Origin: an uncultured Gemmatimonadales bacterium
Lineage (GTDB): Bacteria > Gemmatimonadota > Gemmatimonadetes > Longimicrobiales > RSA9
DNA length: 64,000 nucleotides
Direction of reading: 5' to 3'
Assembly: GCA_963798085.1 (NCBI GenBank)
Contig: CAWCRS010000003.1
Location: forward strand, 768,001-832,000
The notes under the pieces were generated by a model. The model made no database searches. It was not told where the DNA came from and saw only the letters and a program-made list of their open reading frames with translations. Below, in pieces: positions 17,528 to 27,070 of this stretch. Positions within the stretch are counted from its first letter, which is position 1. The number at the start of each line of letters is the position of its first letter. The position numbers were made by a program, and so were the translations under genes.

Positions 17528-20275
17528 TCAGCTCGAGCGGATGGCGCGCGCTGGATCGATGCCCGCCGCCCGCCTGGCGGCCCAGGCACTGGCACCGGCG
17601 GACAGAGCCACGAATCCCGCGGTCGCGGTGAGCACTGTCAGCGGATCACGCGCGCTCACGCCATAGAGCAGGCTGGCCAGAAAACGTGAGAGCGCGAGCG
17701 CCGTGAGCAACCCGCCCGCTGCCCCGATCGCAACCGTCTGCAGGGACTGGGCGACGACGCTCGTCACGACGTGACCGGCGCGCTCGCCCAGGGCGAGGCG
17801 GATGCCGATCTCGCGGGTGCGCCGGCTCACCGCCCACGCGACTGTGCCGTGAATACCCACCACGGTCACAGTCAGCGCCGCCAGCGCGAACAGTGTCACC
17901 AGACTGAGGAAGAAGCGGCGGCGCGCCAGCGTCGCGCGCAGACTGTCGCCCAGATTCGCAACCTGATCCACCGGCAGCACCGGGTCGATCGAGCGCACGC
18001 GTTCGCGCACCGCCGCGGCCAAAGCAGGAAGCGGCAGATCCGTGCGCAGCAGCAGCGTCACGTACGGAATCAGCCGGCCCCGCGTCGCGGGCAGGTAGTA
18101 CTCCATGTCATTGCCCAGCGGATCATCCAGGCCGATCTGCCGCGTGTCTGCCGCTACGCCCACCACGGTGCGCCAGCTCTCGGTGCTGCGCACGCGCATC
18201 CGCCGCCCGAGTGCGCCTCCCGAGGGCCACAGGCGCTTCGCCATGGTCTCGTTCACGATGATGACATTGCTGTCAGCAATGTCACCCGCACCGAAGGCGC
18301 GACCCGCGAGCAGACGGATACCCAGCACCGCGAAGTAGTCGGGCCCGACTTCATTGAAGGGAATGAACGTGCCCGCCTGTGCCAGCGCGCCCGGGCCCCT
18401 GTCGTCGGTCTCGATCGTGGCAGCCACGCCCATGGAAGCGAGCGGCGGCGCCAGTCGCGCCGTTGTCGCACTGCTCACGCCCGGCAGTGCGCGCAGCGCA
18501 TCGAGCGCGCTGCGCACGAAGCTCTCGATCGCTCCCGGCGTCCCGTAGCGCGTACGGGGCAGCTGCAGGGTCACCGACACGACGCGGTCTGCATCGTAAC
18601 CCGGATTCACGCGCTCGAGTCGCACGAAGCTGTTGAGCAGCAGCGCCGAACCGGTGACGAGTGTAAGGCCGAGCGCCACCTGCAGGGCGACCAGTGTCGC
18701 GGCCGCCGCGCGCGTGCTCCGATCCCCGCTCTGACCCCCGCCTGATCGCAGCACCCGCGTCGGATCGGTGCGCGCGGCAAACCACGCGGGCGATGCCGTG
18801 GCCAGCAGTCCGGCTACCAGCGCACAGGCGCCAGCGAACGCGAGCACGCGCAGGTCAATGGCCGGCGTCCGTCCCGATTCCAGCAGGCGCAGCTGCGCCG
18901 GCGCCGTGCGCACCATCACCTCGACCAGCCAGCGCGCCAGCAGCACACCCGGAATCGCGCCCGCAACGCCCAGCACGACGCCATCCGCGAGCCGCTCGCT
19001 CAACAGGCGCATGCGACCGGCGCCCAGAGCGGCCCGCACCGCGATGTCATTCCGGCCATCCGTCGCACGACGCAGCGCCAGAGCCGCGACGTTCGCGCAC
19101 GAGATGCCCAGCAGCAGCACCACCGCGCCGAGCAGTATGAGCAGACCGACGCGCGTCGGTGCGGGCGCCTCGTGCCACTCCATGGTTTCGATGGCGTAGC
19201 CCTGACCGCTTGCGAACACGCCTGTTCCGCGGAGCGACTGCGACAGGCCGTCGAGCCAGCGCTGCGCCGCCGCGAGCGTGACGCCGGGCCGCATGCGCGC
19301 CATGGCCCAGACTCCGCGCACACCCGCCGCAGCGAGCGGTTCCGCCAGCGGCAGCCATGCCTGCGTCTCGGCCGCGGGGATGGCGAACGTGGATGGCATC
19401 ACACCAATCACTTCGTAGGTCTGACCATCGAAGCGCAGGCGCCGGCCGACAATGTGTGGATCCCCGCCAAACCGCTGCCGCCAGGTGTGCTCCGCAATGA
19501 GGATCGCCGACGCATCCTCGCGCGCCGCGCTGCCACTCGCAAAGCTGCGGCCCAGTCGCGGTGTGCTGCCCAGCATGCTGAACAGACCCGGCGTGACCCT
19601 CGCCGTCTGCCACGTCTCCGGCACGTCGCCTTCGAGCAGGATCATGCTCTGCGACGAGCCGCCTTCCACCGCCTCGAACAGACCGCCAGCCGCGCGCAGC
19701 GCAACCGCCGCATCGGTCGTGAGACCGGGCACCCGATCCTCGCCGTTCTGCACACCCGTCCATAGCTCGACCAGCCGGTCCGCATTGCGGTAGGGCAGCC
19801 CGCGCACGATCAGCGCATCCACGACGGTCACGACGGCCGTGGTCATCCCCATGCCCACTGCGAGCACCACGATCGCCGCCGTCGCTTGTGCCGGGTGCCG
19901 CCCCAGCTGCCGGACTGCGTGTCGCAGGTCGCTTCCCGCGGCCAGCACGCCACGCCCCAATTTCTGTCCGCGTGCCCATCGCCTTTGCGAACCGACCCCA
20001 TCGCCGCCGCCGCCTGCTGACACCGCTGTAAGCGAGCTGGTACGCACGCGCGTTCCGCGACGCAACCGCCGGCTGCGCTCGAGGAACAGCTGCAACAGCC
20101 CGTCAGCCAGGGCGCGCATTGACAGCACCGTGAGCGAGCTGCCACCCGCGCGCGCGTCGCTCAGCCGCTCGGCCAGCACCGCCACCATCGCGGCACCGTA
20201 GCGCTCGCGGAACGCGCGCGGAAACGCCCGCAGCAGCACCCGGTACAGCCACAACGTCACTCGCTCGAGCATCAC
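17528..20275 (-). CDS. ADOP-type duplicated MacB/FtsX ABC permease
   Basis: N-terminal LYRVLLRAFPRAFRERYG; two MacB periplasmic plus FtsX modules; SRRTREIGIRLALG. Confidence 0.88.
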   Translation of the reverse strand: MMLERVTLWLYRVLLRAFPRAFRERYGAAMVAVLAERLSDARAGGSSLTVLSMRALADGLLQLFLERSRRLRRGTRVRTSSLTAVSAGGGGDGVGSQRRWARGQKLGRGVLAAGSDLRHAVRQLGRHPAQATAAIVVLAVGMGMTTAVVTVVDALIVRGLPYRNADRLVELWTGVQNGEDRVPGLTTDAAVALRAAGGLFEAVEGGSSQSMILLEGDVPETWQTARVTPGLFSMLGSTPRLGRSFASGSAAREDASAILIAEHTWRQRFGGDPHIVGRRLRFDGQTYEVIGVMPSTFAIPAAETQAWLPLAEPLAAAGVRGVWAMARMRPGVTLAAAQRWLDGLSQSLRGTGVFASGQGYAIETMEWHEAPAPTRVGLLILLGAVVLLLGISCANVAALALRRATDGRNDIAVRAALGAGRMRLLSERLADGVVLGVAGAIPGVLLARWLVEVMVRTAPAQLRLLESGRTPAIDLRVLAFAGACALVAGLLATASPAWFAARTDPTRVLRSGGGQSGDRSTRAAAATLVALQVALGLTLVTGSALLLNSFVRLERVNPGYDADRVVSVTLQLPRTRYGTPGAIESFVRSALDALRALPGVSSATTARLAPPLASMGVAATIETDDRGPGALAQAGTFIPFNEVGPDYFAVLGIRLLAGRAFGAGDIADSNVIIVNETMAKRLWPSGGALGRRMRVRSTESWRTVVGVAADTRQIGLDDPLGNDMEYYLPATRGRLIPYVTLLLRTDLPLPALAAAVRERVRSIDPVLPVDQVANLGDSLRATLARRRFFLSLVTLFALAALTVTVVGIHGTVAWAVSRRTREIGIRLALGERAGHVVTSVVAQSLQTVAIGAAGGLLTALALSRFLASLLYGVSARDPLTVLTATAGFVALSAGASAWAARRAAGIDPARAIRSS

Positions 20276-20449
20276 CGCGTCCTTCCTCCCGCTGCCGTCA
20301 CGTTCGCTCCCGGTTCGGTCGGTCCTTCACGGCCGCGCCGTTCTCGACTCCCTGCCAGCACGCTCGCCGCGGCGCGTGCCGCGCTTCACCCGCTCGCCGC
20401 TGCGCGTGTCCACCGGCCCGTGCGCTCGCTACGCGTCCACGGCCCGCGC

Positions 20450-20548
20450 GCGCTGAGCCCTCCACCGGGCGAGCTGACCACGAGCGCTGAACCCTCCACG
20501 GGGCGGGCTGACCACGAGCGCTGAACCCTCCACGGGGCGGGCGCCACG
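20450..20548. repeat. 34-bp tandem repeat, ~3 copies
   Basis: GCGCTGAACCCTCCACGGGGCGGGCTGACCACGA at 20450, 20484 and 20518 (last copy partial). Confidence 0.85.
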
Positions 20549-20619
20549 GTGCAGTTCGCCTCACCATCTGTCGCGCCGCGTGCTCGGCATGTTCGTGCAA
20601 GGTCGCGGCGTTCGGACCG

Positions 20620-20638
20620 TAGTGTCAGATGGATACTA
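20620..20638. promoter_or_regulatory. AT-rich imperfect palindrome, candidate operator upstream of the ADOP gene
   Basis: TAGTGTC-N5-GATACTA, with a TTGATA -35-like hexamer overlapping it on the minus strand. Confidence 0.4.
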
Positions 20639-20729
20639 TCAAGTTGACAGGATCGCAACCACCCGCGTCAGGCGCAGTGGCGAAAGTCTCCCTCGAGGGA
20701 TGCTTGCGGGCTCTCGTGGGACCGGCGTA

Positions 20730-20873
20730 TCGGACCGTCTTGGCGTTCTTGGGTTGTGGCTGGCTCGAGCATGCCGCCGACCCGCGCGCCTATCGATTGA
20801 CCACTTCCCATGCGGCTCGGGGTCGCGACCATGGCTTGAACGGCCGGAAAGAAAGATTGCCAACACGGTCCGA
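20730..20873 (+). mobile_element. ~144-bp MITE/REP-like element, copy A
   Basis: TIRs TCGGACCGTCTTGGCGTTCTT...AAGATTGCCAACACGGTCCGA; related copies elsewhere in the window. Confidence 0.7.
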
Positions 20874-21015
20874 CAAATCTGGGTGGAACAGCGCCAGGAC
20901 GGTCCGACAAGTCTGGGTGAGGACAGCCACGACGGTCCGACAAGTCTGCGTGAGGACAGCCCCAGGACGGTCCGACAACCTCGGCGCATAGCTCGTCAGC
21001 ACAGTACGAACAACG
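20865..21015 (+). repeat. Tandem ~33-35-bp reiterations of the element right end (core ACGGTCCGACAA)
   Basis: Four exact cores plus degenerate ones following copy A. Confidence 0.8.
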
Positions 21016-21081
21016 CGCCAGGGCCGGCCCGACAAAACCGTCCGGAACGAGCGCCATGACGGACTGCTGCGTCATATCGTG

Positions 21082-21225
21082 TCGGACCGTCTTGGCGTTC
21101 TTGGGTTGTGGCCGGCGCAAGCATGCCGCCGACCCGCGCGCCTATCGATTGACCACTTCCCATGCGGCTCGGAGTCGCGACCATGGCTTGAACGGCCGGA
21201 AGGAAAGATTGCCAACACGGTCCGA
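21082..21225 (+). mobile_element. ~144-bp MITE/REP-like element, copy B
   Basis: Near-identical to copy A, 352 bp downstream. Confidence 0.7.
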
Positions 21226-21325
21226 CAAACCTGGGCGGAAGATTGCCAGACGGTCGACAAACCTGGGTGGAAAGATGGCCACGACGGTCCGACAATCTGG
21301 AGATTTCGCCAGCACAGTCCGAACA
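21217..21325 (+). repeat. Tandem reiterations of the element right end after copy B
   Basis: ACGGTC(C)GACAA...CTGG units x3 plus a degenerate fourth. Confidence 0.75.
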
Positions 21326-21348
21326 CCGCGAACAGGCGGTCCCTGCAA

Positions 21349-22746
21349 TCACGCTCTCAATGCGTTGCGCAGGCGGCGCAGGCGGACCATGTCGCGGATG
21401 CCGAGAGCGGGGCCCGCCGCCAGCAGTGCGAAGGCTGGGCCCCAGCCGAAGTGCGATCGCACCGTCAGCATCAGCCAGATCGAAAGCGCGGTCAGCAGGA
21501 ATCCGAGTGATGTCTGCAGTGTCAACGCTGTGCCCACGGCGTGTTGCGGCGCCAGCTCCGTGACGAGCGCGGAGAATTGCGCGGAATCCGCGACGACGGC
21601 GAAACCCCACACGAGTGCGAGTCCCACCACCAGCCACGCAGGCGCGGTGAGCAGCCAGCCAATGACGAGTGCGCACGCGCCGCTCACGACGAGTGCCGCG
21701 ATGGTCACGTTCTCGCGACCCAGCCGGTCGGCCCATTGTCCGGCCAGCACGGAGCCCACGCCGCCGATCGCGATGCCGCCGAACGCGGTGAGCGCGGCGA
21801 GCACGTGCGCGGCGGCGGGATCGGCGGCGCGTGACGCGTAGAAATCGCCGAAGAACAGACTGAGCGCGGCCCACATCGCATACAGCTCCCACATGTGACC
21901 GAGGTAGCCGCCAATGGCGAGGCGCGTACCACGGTCGCGCAGCACTGTGCCCACGAGACCCCATGAGAAGGGTCGTCGCGGAAACGGCACGGGGCCATCG
22001 CTGTACCGCAGTGCCACGAGTACTGCTGCCACCAGCGCGCCGGCGGTCGAGGACAGGATGACGATGCGGAAGTGCACCGACGCGAGCGCGTTGACCAGGT
22101 ACGGCATGGCTTTGCCCACCGTGAGCGCGCCGACGATCGTGCCAATGGCCAGGCCCCTGCCGCCCTTGAACAACATCGCGGTCGCGTGGGCAGCCGCGTC
22201 GGCACGCGCACGTGCTGCCCGGCCGCTCGCGGTGGCGTCGTCCTGCGCATCATGCGCATGCGTCGAGCCGCCGCTGCCGGCGTCACCGTTTGCAGGCGAC
22301 GCTTCCCGTCTCGCGACCGGCGTTCTTCCGGCGCTGCCGCTGCCGCCGCGAAACCAGGTCGAGATCATCTTCATGGCGGGAGGATAGACGCCTGCGAGGA
22401 AGAAGCCGGTGAGAAAGCGCAGGCCCAGCGCCGTCCCCCAGCCCGGCGCGACCAGCAAGGCCGCGTTGACCAGTGCAGCTGCCAGCGCGGCGGTGGCGAA
22501 GAACCCCCGCGATGGAAGCACATCGGCAAGGTTGAGCAGTGCTGCGGTTGCGGTTCCCGCGACGAACCCCAGCTGCACGATCGTCGTGAGCCAGCCGGCC
22601 TGGCTCGAGTCGAGTCCCCAGAGTCGCTGCAGCTGTGGAGCCACGGCGCTCGCCGTGAACCAGAGTGACATGCCCAGCAGCTCTGCGATCGCCAGCAGCG
22701 CCAGCATGCTCCACGGAGAGGACGCACTTCGATTCCCGGTGGACAC
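21349..22746 (-). CDS. MFS transporter with a low-complexity in-frame insertion
   Basis: AELLGMSLWF, GYLGHMWELYAMW and VVADSAQFSALVTE motifs; multiple TM helices. Start is GTG 22746 or ATG 22707. Confidence 0.88.
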   Translation of the reverse strand: MSTGNRSASSPWSMLALLAIAELLGMSLWFTASAVAPQLQRLWGLDSSQAGWLTTIVQLGFVAGTATAALLNLADVLPSRGFFATAALAAALVNAALLVAPGWGTALGLRFLTGFFLAGVYPPAMKMISTWFRGGSGSAGRTPVARREASPANGDAGSGGSTHAHDAQDDATASGRAARARADAAAHATAMLFKGGRGLAIGTIVGALTVGKAMPYLVNALASVHFRIVILSSTAGALVAAVLVALRYSDGPVPFPRRPFSWGLVGTVLRDRGTRLAIGGYLGHMWELYAMWAALSLFFGDFYASRAADPAAAHVLAALTAFGGIAIGGVGSVLAGQWADRLGRENVTIAALVVSGACALVIGWLLTAPAWLVVGLALVWGFAVVADSAQFSALVTELAPQHAVGTALTLQTSLGFLLTALSIWLMLTVRSHFGWGPAFALLAAGPALGIRDMVRLRRLRNALRA

Positions 22747-22897
22747 TTGTTTCTGCCCGCTGTTGCCCGCCTGTGCCTGATGTCCGAGAGCCAATTGCGT
22801 TGCCTCCAACGATTTCCGGCCGCACGCACAGTTTGGAACGAAGGTTGCTTTGGAATGGTAGCGAGTTGCGGGACGGGAGGCACGAAGGGAGGCAAGG

Positions 22898-23182
22898 ATG
22901 CGAGAAAAAAACGGCAAAGAACAGAGTGCGTACACGACGGCCGAAGGGCTGTCGCTGACGCTCGGCTATCTGGAAGATCCGTCCAACGTCGAGTGCCCGA
23001 GCTGCGGTTACGACAGCATCGAGGTGGTTGGCTACGTGGACGCTGACAGCCTGGACGGGGGAGATCCGCGCACCGTTTCGCCGGATGAGGAGTACGCCGT
23101 CATTCTCTTCTGCCACAGCTGCAAGCGCGCCGCTGCGCTGCACCTTTCGTATCGCGCACGGTCGGATCGCGAAGCCGCCTGA
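22898..23182 (+). CDS. Small zinc-ribbon-like hypothetical protein
   Basis: 94 aa with CPSC...CHSC; RBS GGAGG; followed by a terminator. Confidence 0.7.
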   Translation: MREKNGKEQSAYTTAEGLSLTLGYLEDPSNVECPSCGYDSIEVVGYVDADSLDGGDPRTVSPDEEYAVILFCHSCKRAAALHLSYRARSDREAA

Positions 23183-23204
23183 TCCACCCAAACGGATCGT
23201 TAGT

Positions 23205-23242
23205 GGGGTGCCCGCGCCATTCGCGGCGTGCACCCCGTTTTT
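23205..23242 (+). terminator. Rho-independent terminator
   Basis: GGGGTGC...GCACCCC stem followed by a T tract. Confidence 0.7.
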
Positions 23243-23297
23243 CTTGCCGCACTGACTCGGCGCTGCCGCCCCCTGCGCCACGGCCGGTCAGCGCAAC

Positions 23298-23696
23298 TCA
23301 TTGCCCGCGCAGCAGATCCTCCACCGTCGTACGCTGGAAGAACGAAGTAACGGACGCCGCCACATCCTTCCACGCATGATGCGCCACGCACGGCTCCCTG
23401 CCGCATGACTGCCGCCGCAGCAGACACTGCTGCTGCGAGCCCACTGCGTCGAACGGCGCCACCACCTGACTGAGCGTTAGATCCCTCGCCGGCGTGCGCA
23501 GGCGGAACCCGCCACCCGCGCCTCTCGCGGATTCCAGCACACCCGCATGCGCCAGCGCGTTCAGCACCCGCGCGAGGTAGCGCTCCGGTACCGCAAGCTC
23601 CTGCGCAATGTGCACGGCCTGCGCGCGTTCTCCCTCCGCCCTGGCCGCCATGTTGAGTACTGCGCGCAACGCATACTCGGCCGAGCGCGACAGCAC
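23298..23696 (-). CDS. Rrf2-family regulator with 3 Cys (Fe-S type, NsrR/IscR-like)
   Basis: LSRSAEYALRA, YLARVL, SARGAGGGFRL and C-x6-C-x4-C-x2-H. Start at GTG 23696 is inferred. Confidence 0.88.
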   Translation of the reverse strand: MLSRSAEYALRAVLNMAARAEGERAQAVHIAQELAVPERYLARVLNALAHAGVLESARGAGGGFRLRTPARDLTLSQVVAPFDAVGSQQQCLLRRQSCGREPCVAHHAWKDVAASVTSFFQRTTVEDLLRGQ

Positions 23697-23867
23697 GTGC
23701 CACAGGGCCTCGCCTGCAACGGATATCTCTGCGCCGCTTTCTGCCTGATACATGCTGCCTCGCATTCTGCCATCGGCATCTCAATGTGCGAAGCGGGAGG
23801 GGCATCCTGCCCGCTCCCGCCCGCGACGGACTGTGCGGCCAGCATCGGCCACCTGCCGCACCGCTCC

Positions 23868-24875
23868 TCAGTGCGTCACGCCGGCCAGTACGGGACGGCC
23901 CACCTGGATCAGCCCGGCCGCGCCCTTGTCCGCGTCTGCGAACGCGTGTGTTACGAACGCGTACACACCCTCGCCGCTGCCGTCTTCGTTGAAAACCGTC
24001 TCGAACACCGCGCCGCCGCCCGCGGGCACCGACCACGTCTGCACACTCTGCAGCGCGTTCGCTGGACTGCCGTCCACATACACATGGTTGAAAATGGTGC
24101 CCACAATGTGAAAATCACTTGTCAGGCTGGGGCCCGCGTTCACCACGAAGAAGCGCACGCGGTCGCCGACATTCACCTTGAGTGGATGTGCCTTGTACTG
24201 GAATGCGCGACCATTGAATACAATGTAGCTCGGCTGCTTCAGCTCCGCCGCGTTCCAGTCCGGTCCTTTCATGCCATCGGGCTGGTCTTTCGTGTAGAAC
24301 TCACTCTGCACGAGCACGAATTCCTTGTCGGCTCTTCGACCCCAGCCACCGCGCGGATCCACAATGATGGGCAGGTACATGCCCTGCATGATGTGCATCA
24401 GCACCGGCGGCGTGCCGCAGTGCACGAGGAACGCACCCGGATCGCGCGCCGTGAATTCGAACGACGCCTCCTGATTCGGCCCGATCGTGCGGAACGCATC
24501 GTTCATGGGGATCCTGGCCGCGTGAAAGTCGATCGAGTGCGGCATGTTCGACCTGTTCACGAGCGTGATGCGCACCAGGTCGCCCTCATTGACGCGGATC
24601 ACCGGGCCCGGCACGGTGCCGCCGAACGTCCAGCCCTCGTACCTCACGCCATCCGCGATATCGATTACCTCGTGCGTGATGGGGATGCGGAATTCCTTGA
24701 TCGGCGCATCCGACGGCGGCTGCAGCTCCGCTTGATACGCGGGCTGCACTGGCGTCTTCACCACACTGAAGTCCGTCACCTCGACCCGCGGCGGCCGGCG
24801 TGCGGCGCCCAGCAGCAGCACGACCAGGCCCGTCGCTCCCAGCAGCGCCGCGCCACCGAGGACTCTCGTCCGCAT
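23868..24875 (-). CDS. nirK: Copper-containing nitrite reductase (NirK/AniA-like)
   Basis: Signal peptide; WTFGGTVPGPVIRV; HSIDFH (Cu ligands plus catalytic Asp); HCGTPPVLMHIMQGM; SDFHIVG; FVTH. RBS GGAG. Confidence 0.8.
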   Translation of the reverse strand: MRTRVLGGAALLGATGLVVLLLGAARRPPRVEVTDFSVVKTPVQPAYQAELQPPSDAPIKEFRIPITHEVIDIADGVRYEGWTFGGTVPGPVIRVNEGDLVRITLVNRSNMPHSIDFHAARIPMNDAFRTIGPNQEASFEFTARDPGAFLVHCGTPPVLMHIMQGMYLPIIVDPRGGWGRRADKEFVLVQSEFYTKDQPDGMKGPDWNAAELKQPSYIVFNGRAFQYKAHPLKVNVGDRVRFFVVNAGPSLTSDFHIVGTIFNHVYVDGSPANALQSVQTWSVPAGGGAVFETVFNEDGSGEGVYAFVTHAFADADKGAAGLIQVGRPVLAGVTH

Positions 24876-24895
24876 TGCGTGATCTCCAGTCAGAA

Positions 24896-24912
24896 TCGAT
24901 TTCATATATCAA
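24896..24912. promoter_or_regulatory. AT-rich imperfect palindrome upstream of nirK (candidate Rrf2 or Crp/Fnr-family site)
   Basis: TTGAT-N7-ATCGA on the minus strand, ~20 nt upstream of the ATG. Confidence 0.4.
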
Positions 24913-25086
24913 GGTAGGAATTACGGCGTCGCCTGAATGTCCGGACTTGCCGGAAATTCGTGTGCGGCTGCCGGTGTTGTGCAGTCAGGATGGTCCCGCG
25001 CGCGAAACGCCCGGGCGAGGGGATTTGTCCTACGCGTGCGTCGGCCGGAAGCGTTCACGAAAAAGTGTCCCGCTCGCGGACCTCCT

Positions 25087-26385
25087 TCAGAAACGCAGGA
25101 ACGACCCGTTGAAGGCGTCGTTGAAGCGCGGGTTCACTACGGTGCTGAAAATGGAGCCGAAGCGGTATGACAGGCCGAAGCTCATGTAGTAGCTGTAATT
25201 CGTGCGCAGCAGCCGCTGGCGCAGCAGGATCTCGTCGTGGGTTGCAGCACCGGCTTCGACCGCGAGCTGGTCGCGTACACGGCCGTAGTCGCCGAACAGG
25301 TTGAGCGAGAGCCCCTTGAACAGCCGTACGTCAGCGCCGGCGGATGCGCTCCAGCTGTATTTCGACAGGTCGTGCAGGAACTCATTGCTGCTGAGCCCGA
25401 GACTGACCGAGCCCCAGGCTTCGCGCGTGCTGTAGTTGATCCCGAGCGTCTGCGCGGGTCGCGTCTCGCGCAGCTCGTCGAAGATGGTGCGCTCCGCATA
25501 GCGATAGGTGTTGAACCCCACCGTGTAAAGCACGGTCAGGCTGCGACGGGTCGACAGATTGTAGGGAAAGAAATCGTACTCCAGTGCCGGCGCGACACGC
25601 AGCGCAAACTTCACGTTGCTGAACGTGCTCGATTGGAGACTCGCCTCAACACCTGCGCTGAGCTGCCTGGCCACGCTGCCGGCAATCAGTGCCGAGCCCG
25701 AATAGGCCCGCTGAAACGACTTGACCGTGGTGACACTGTCGACATCGAACGTGCTCGCGCTGTAGTCTGCGTCGCCGTTCAGCCGGACTTTCCACCTGTC
25801 CGTCGTGCGGTTCGCGCTCAACCGTAACCCGTAGTTAGAAAAGCGCTGCTGGCTTTCGCCGTTCAGGTACCCGTTGCCGCTGATCTGGAACACCCGGTTG
25901 TTCCAGGGATCACGCGTGCGCGGAACCTGGCCCCCGTTCGTGTTTCCCGCCTCCTCCGCCATGCTGATGCGCAGACGTCGCGACTCGGGCCGGCCGGCCA
26001 GGTAGCGCACCAGGCCCATCCTGATGCGATCGACCAGCGCGGCGCGCGTCCGTTCCGACGTATCATCAGGCGACGCGATGTACTTCAGCGTGTCCGACTT
26101 CGCCTCGTAATCACCGCGCCCCATGAAGAACAGCGTGTACTCGGCGCCGCCAGCGCCGGTGCTCTGCCAGGTCACGAGGATGTGCAGATCCGCGACCTGC
26201 CGATCCAGCACGTAGTCCACCCACTTGATCTCCGTGCGGATGTAGTCGCCCTCGCAGTATGGGCAGTCGAGGTAGACGCGCAGCCGGGGCGCGCCCGGGG
26301 CGGGTTGTTGCGCCAGTGCGCGGGAGGTCCCGAGAAACGCCGGGGCCAGGCAACAAGCGCGCAGGACGGGGGCTCACCGCTTCAT
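25087..26385 (-). pseudogene. Outer-membrane beta-barrel protein with an in-frame TGA at codon 4
   Basis: ATG AAG CGG TGA, then an open frame APVLRACCLAPAFLGTSRALA-QQ...VYLDCPYC...WVDYVLDR continuing into ORF 25087..26220. Beta-strand pattern and terminal Phe. Confidence 0.75.
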
Positions 26386-26617
26386 CGCTCACCTTCGGCC
26401 AATGCAACACCTTCACCCGCAGCTTCCGCGGGTGACGGACCGAACCGGGGGTCGGTTGCGTTCCGGAATACCATGACCATAGTAGCACGGTCCGGTGAAC
26501 ACCAGCGTTTCGGGACCTGTGGCACACGGGCCTGGCCTGCCGCCCGGGCGTGTTTTGCTCGGGCGGACTGGAATGTCTTGCGACGGTCGGGCGCGCTGCC
26601 GGCAACGGGTTGCTGAA

Positions 26618-26762
26618 TCGGACCAGCTTGGCATTCTTTCCATTCGGCCGCCGCCACTATCCAGGCGACCCACGCGACGATCAAAACCGGTCACTCCATG
26701 CCTGCCCGAGCCTCGATCCTGTGCGTATGGCGCACAACCCAAGAATGCCAAAGACGGTCCGA
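26618..26762 (-). mobile_element. ~145-bp MITE/REP-like element, copy C
   Basis: Same TIRs and GGGTTGTG motif in reverse orientation; diverged interior. Confidence 0.7.
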
Positions 26763-26775
26763 TGCGCGCGGCCCT

Positions 26776-26791
26776 TGTTATATTCCCCGGC
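26776..26791 (+). promoter_or_regulatory. Extended -10 promoter, probably a leaderless transcript
   Basis: TGT-TATATT lies 7 nt before ATG 26792; no SD sequence. Confidence 0.5.
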
Positions 26792-27070
26792 ATGAGCAAG
26801 TTCGCGAAGGGCAAATCGTGGATCGAGCACCGCCTCGCGGATGACCTGGCGGTCGACGGTTCGCACTACACGGTCAACCTGATCGCGCGGAAGGGCACGG
26901 GTGTGCAGGGCTTTCGTGTGACGCTGGTCTACATCCCGCACGAGGGCGGTCGTGATCTCGAGGTGGACCTTCCCAATGCGGCCACGACGGCCGACGTGCA
27001 TCGCGTGACCCGCGAGCTGGCGGAGGACGGCGCCCAGCTGGTGCGGCTCTCGGCGGGTGCGGTGTCGTGA
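26792..27070 (+). CDS. Hypothetical protein
   Basis: MSKFAKGKSWIEHRL...; good codon usage; GTGA overlap with the next gene. Confidence 0.75.
   Translation: MSKFAKGKSWIEHRLADDLAVDGSHYTVNLIARKGTGVQGFRVTLVYIPHEGGRDLEVDLPNAATTADVHRVTRELAEDGAQLVRLSAGAVS

Noticed and set aside
20298..20658. Degenerate padR upstream of the ADOP gene
   Set aside because: No minus-strand frame shows winged-helix PadR motifs; the ORFs are repeat-derived.
20865..21325. CRISPR array
   Set aside because: The invariant core is only ~12 bp, the intervening sequences resemble each other and the element TIR rather than being unique spacers, and no cas genes are present.
26374..26376. Selenocysteine codon
   Set aside because: The TGA falls in a cleavable signal peptide rather than a catalytic position, and no SECIS was recognised.
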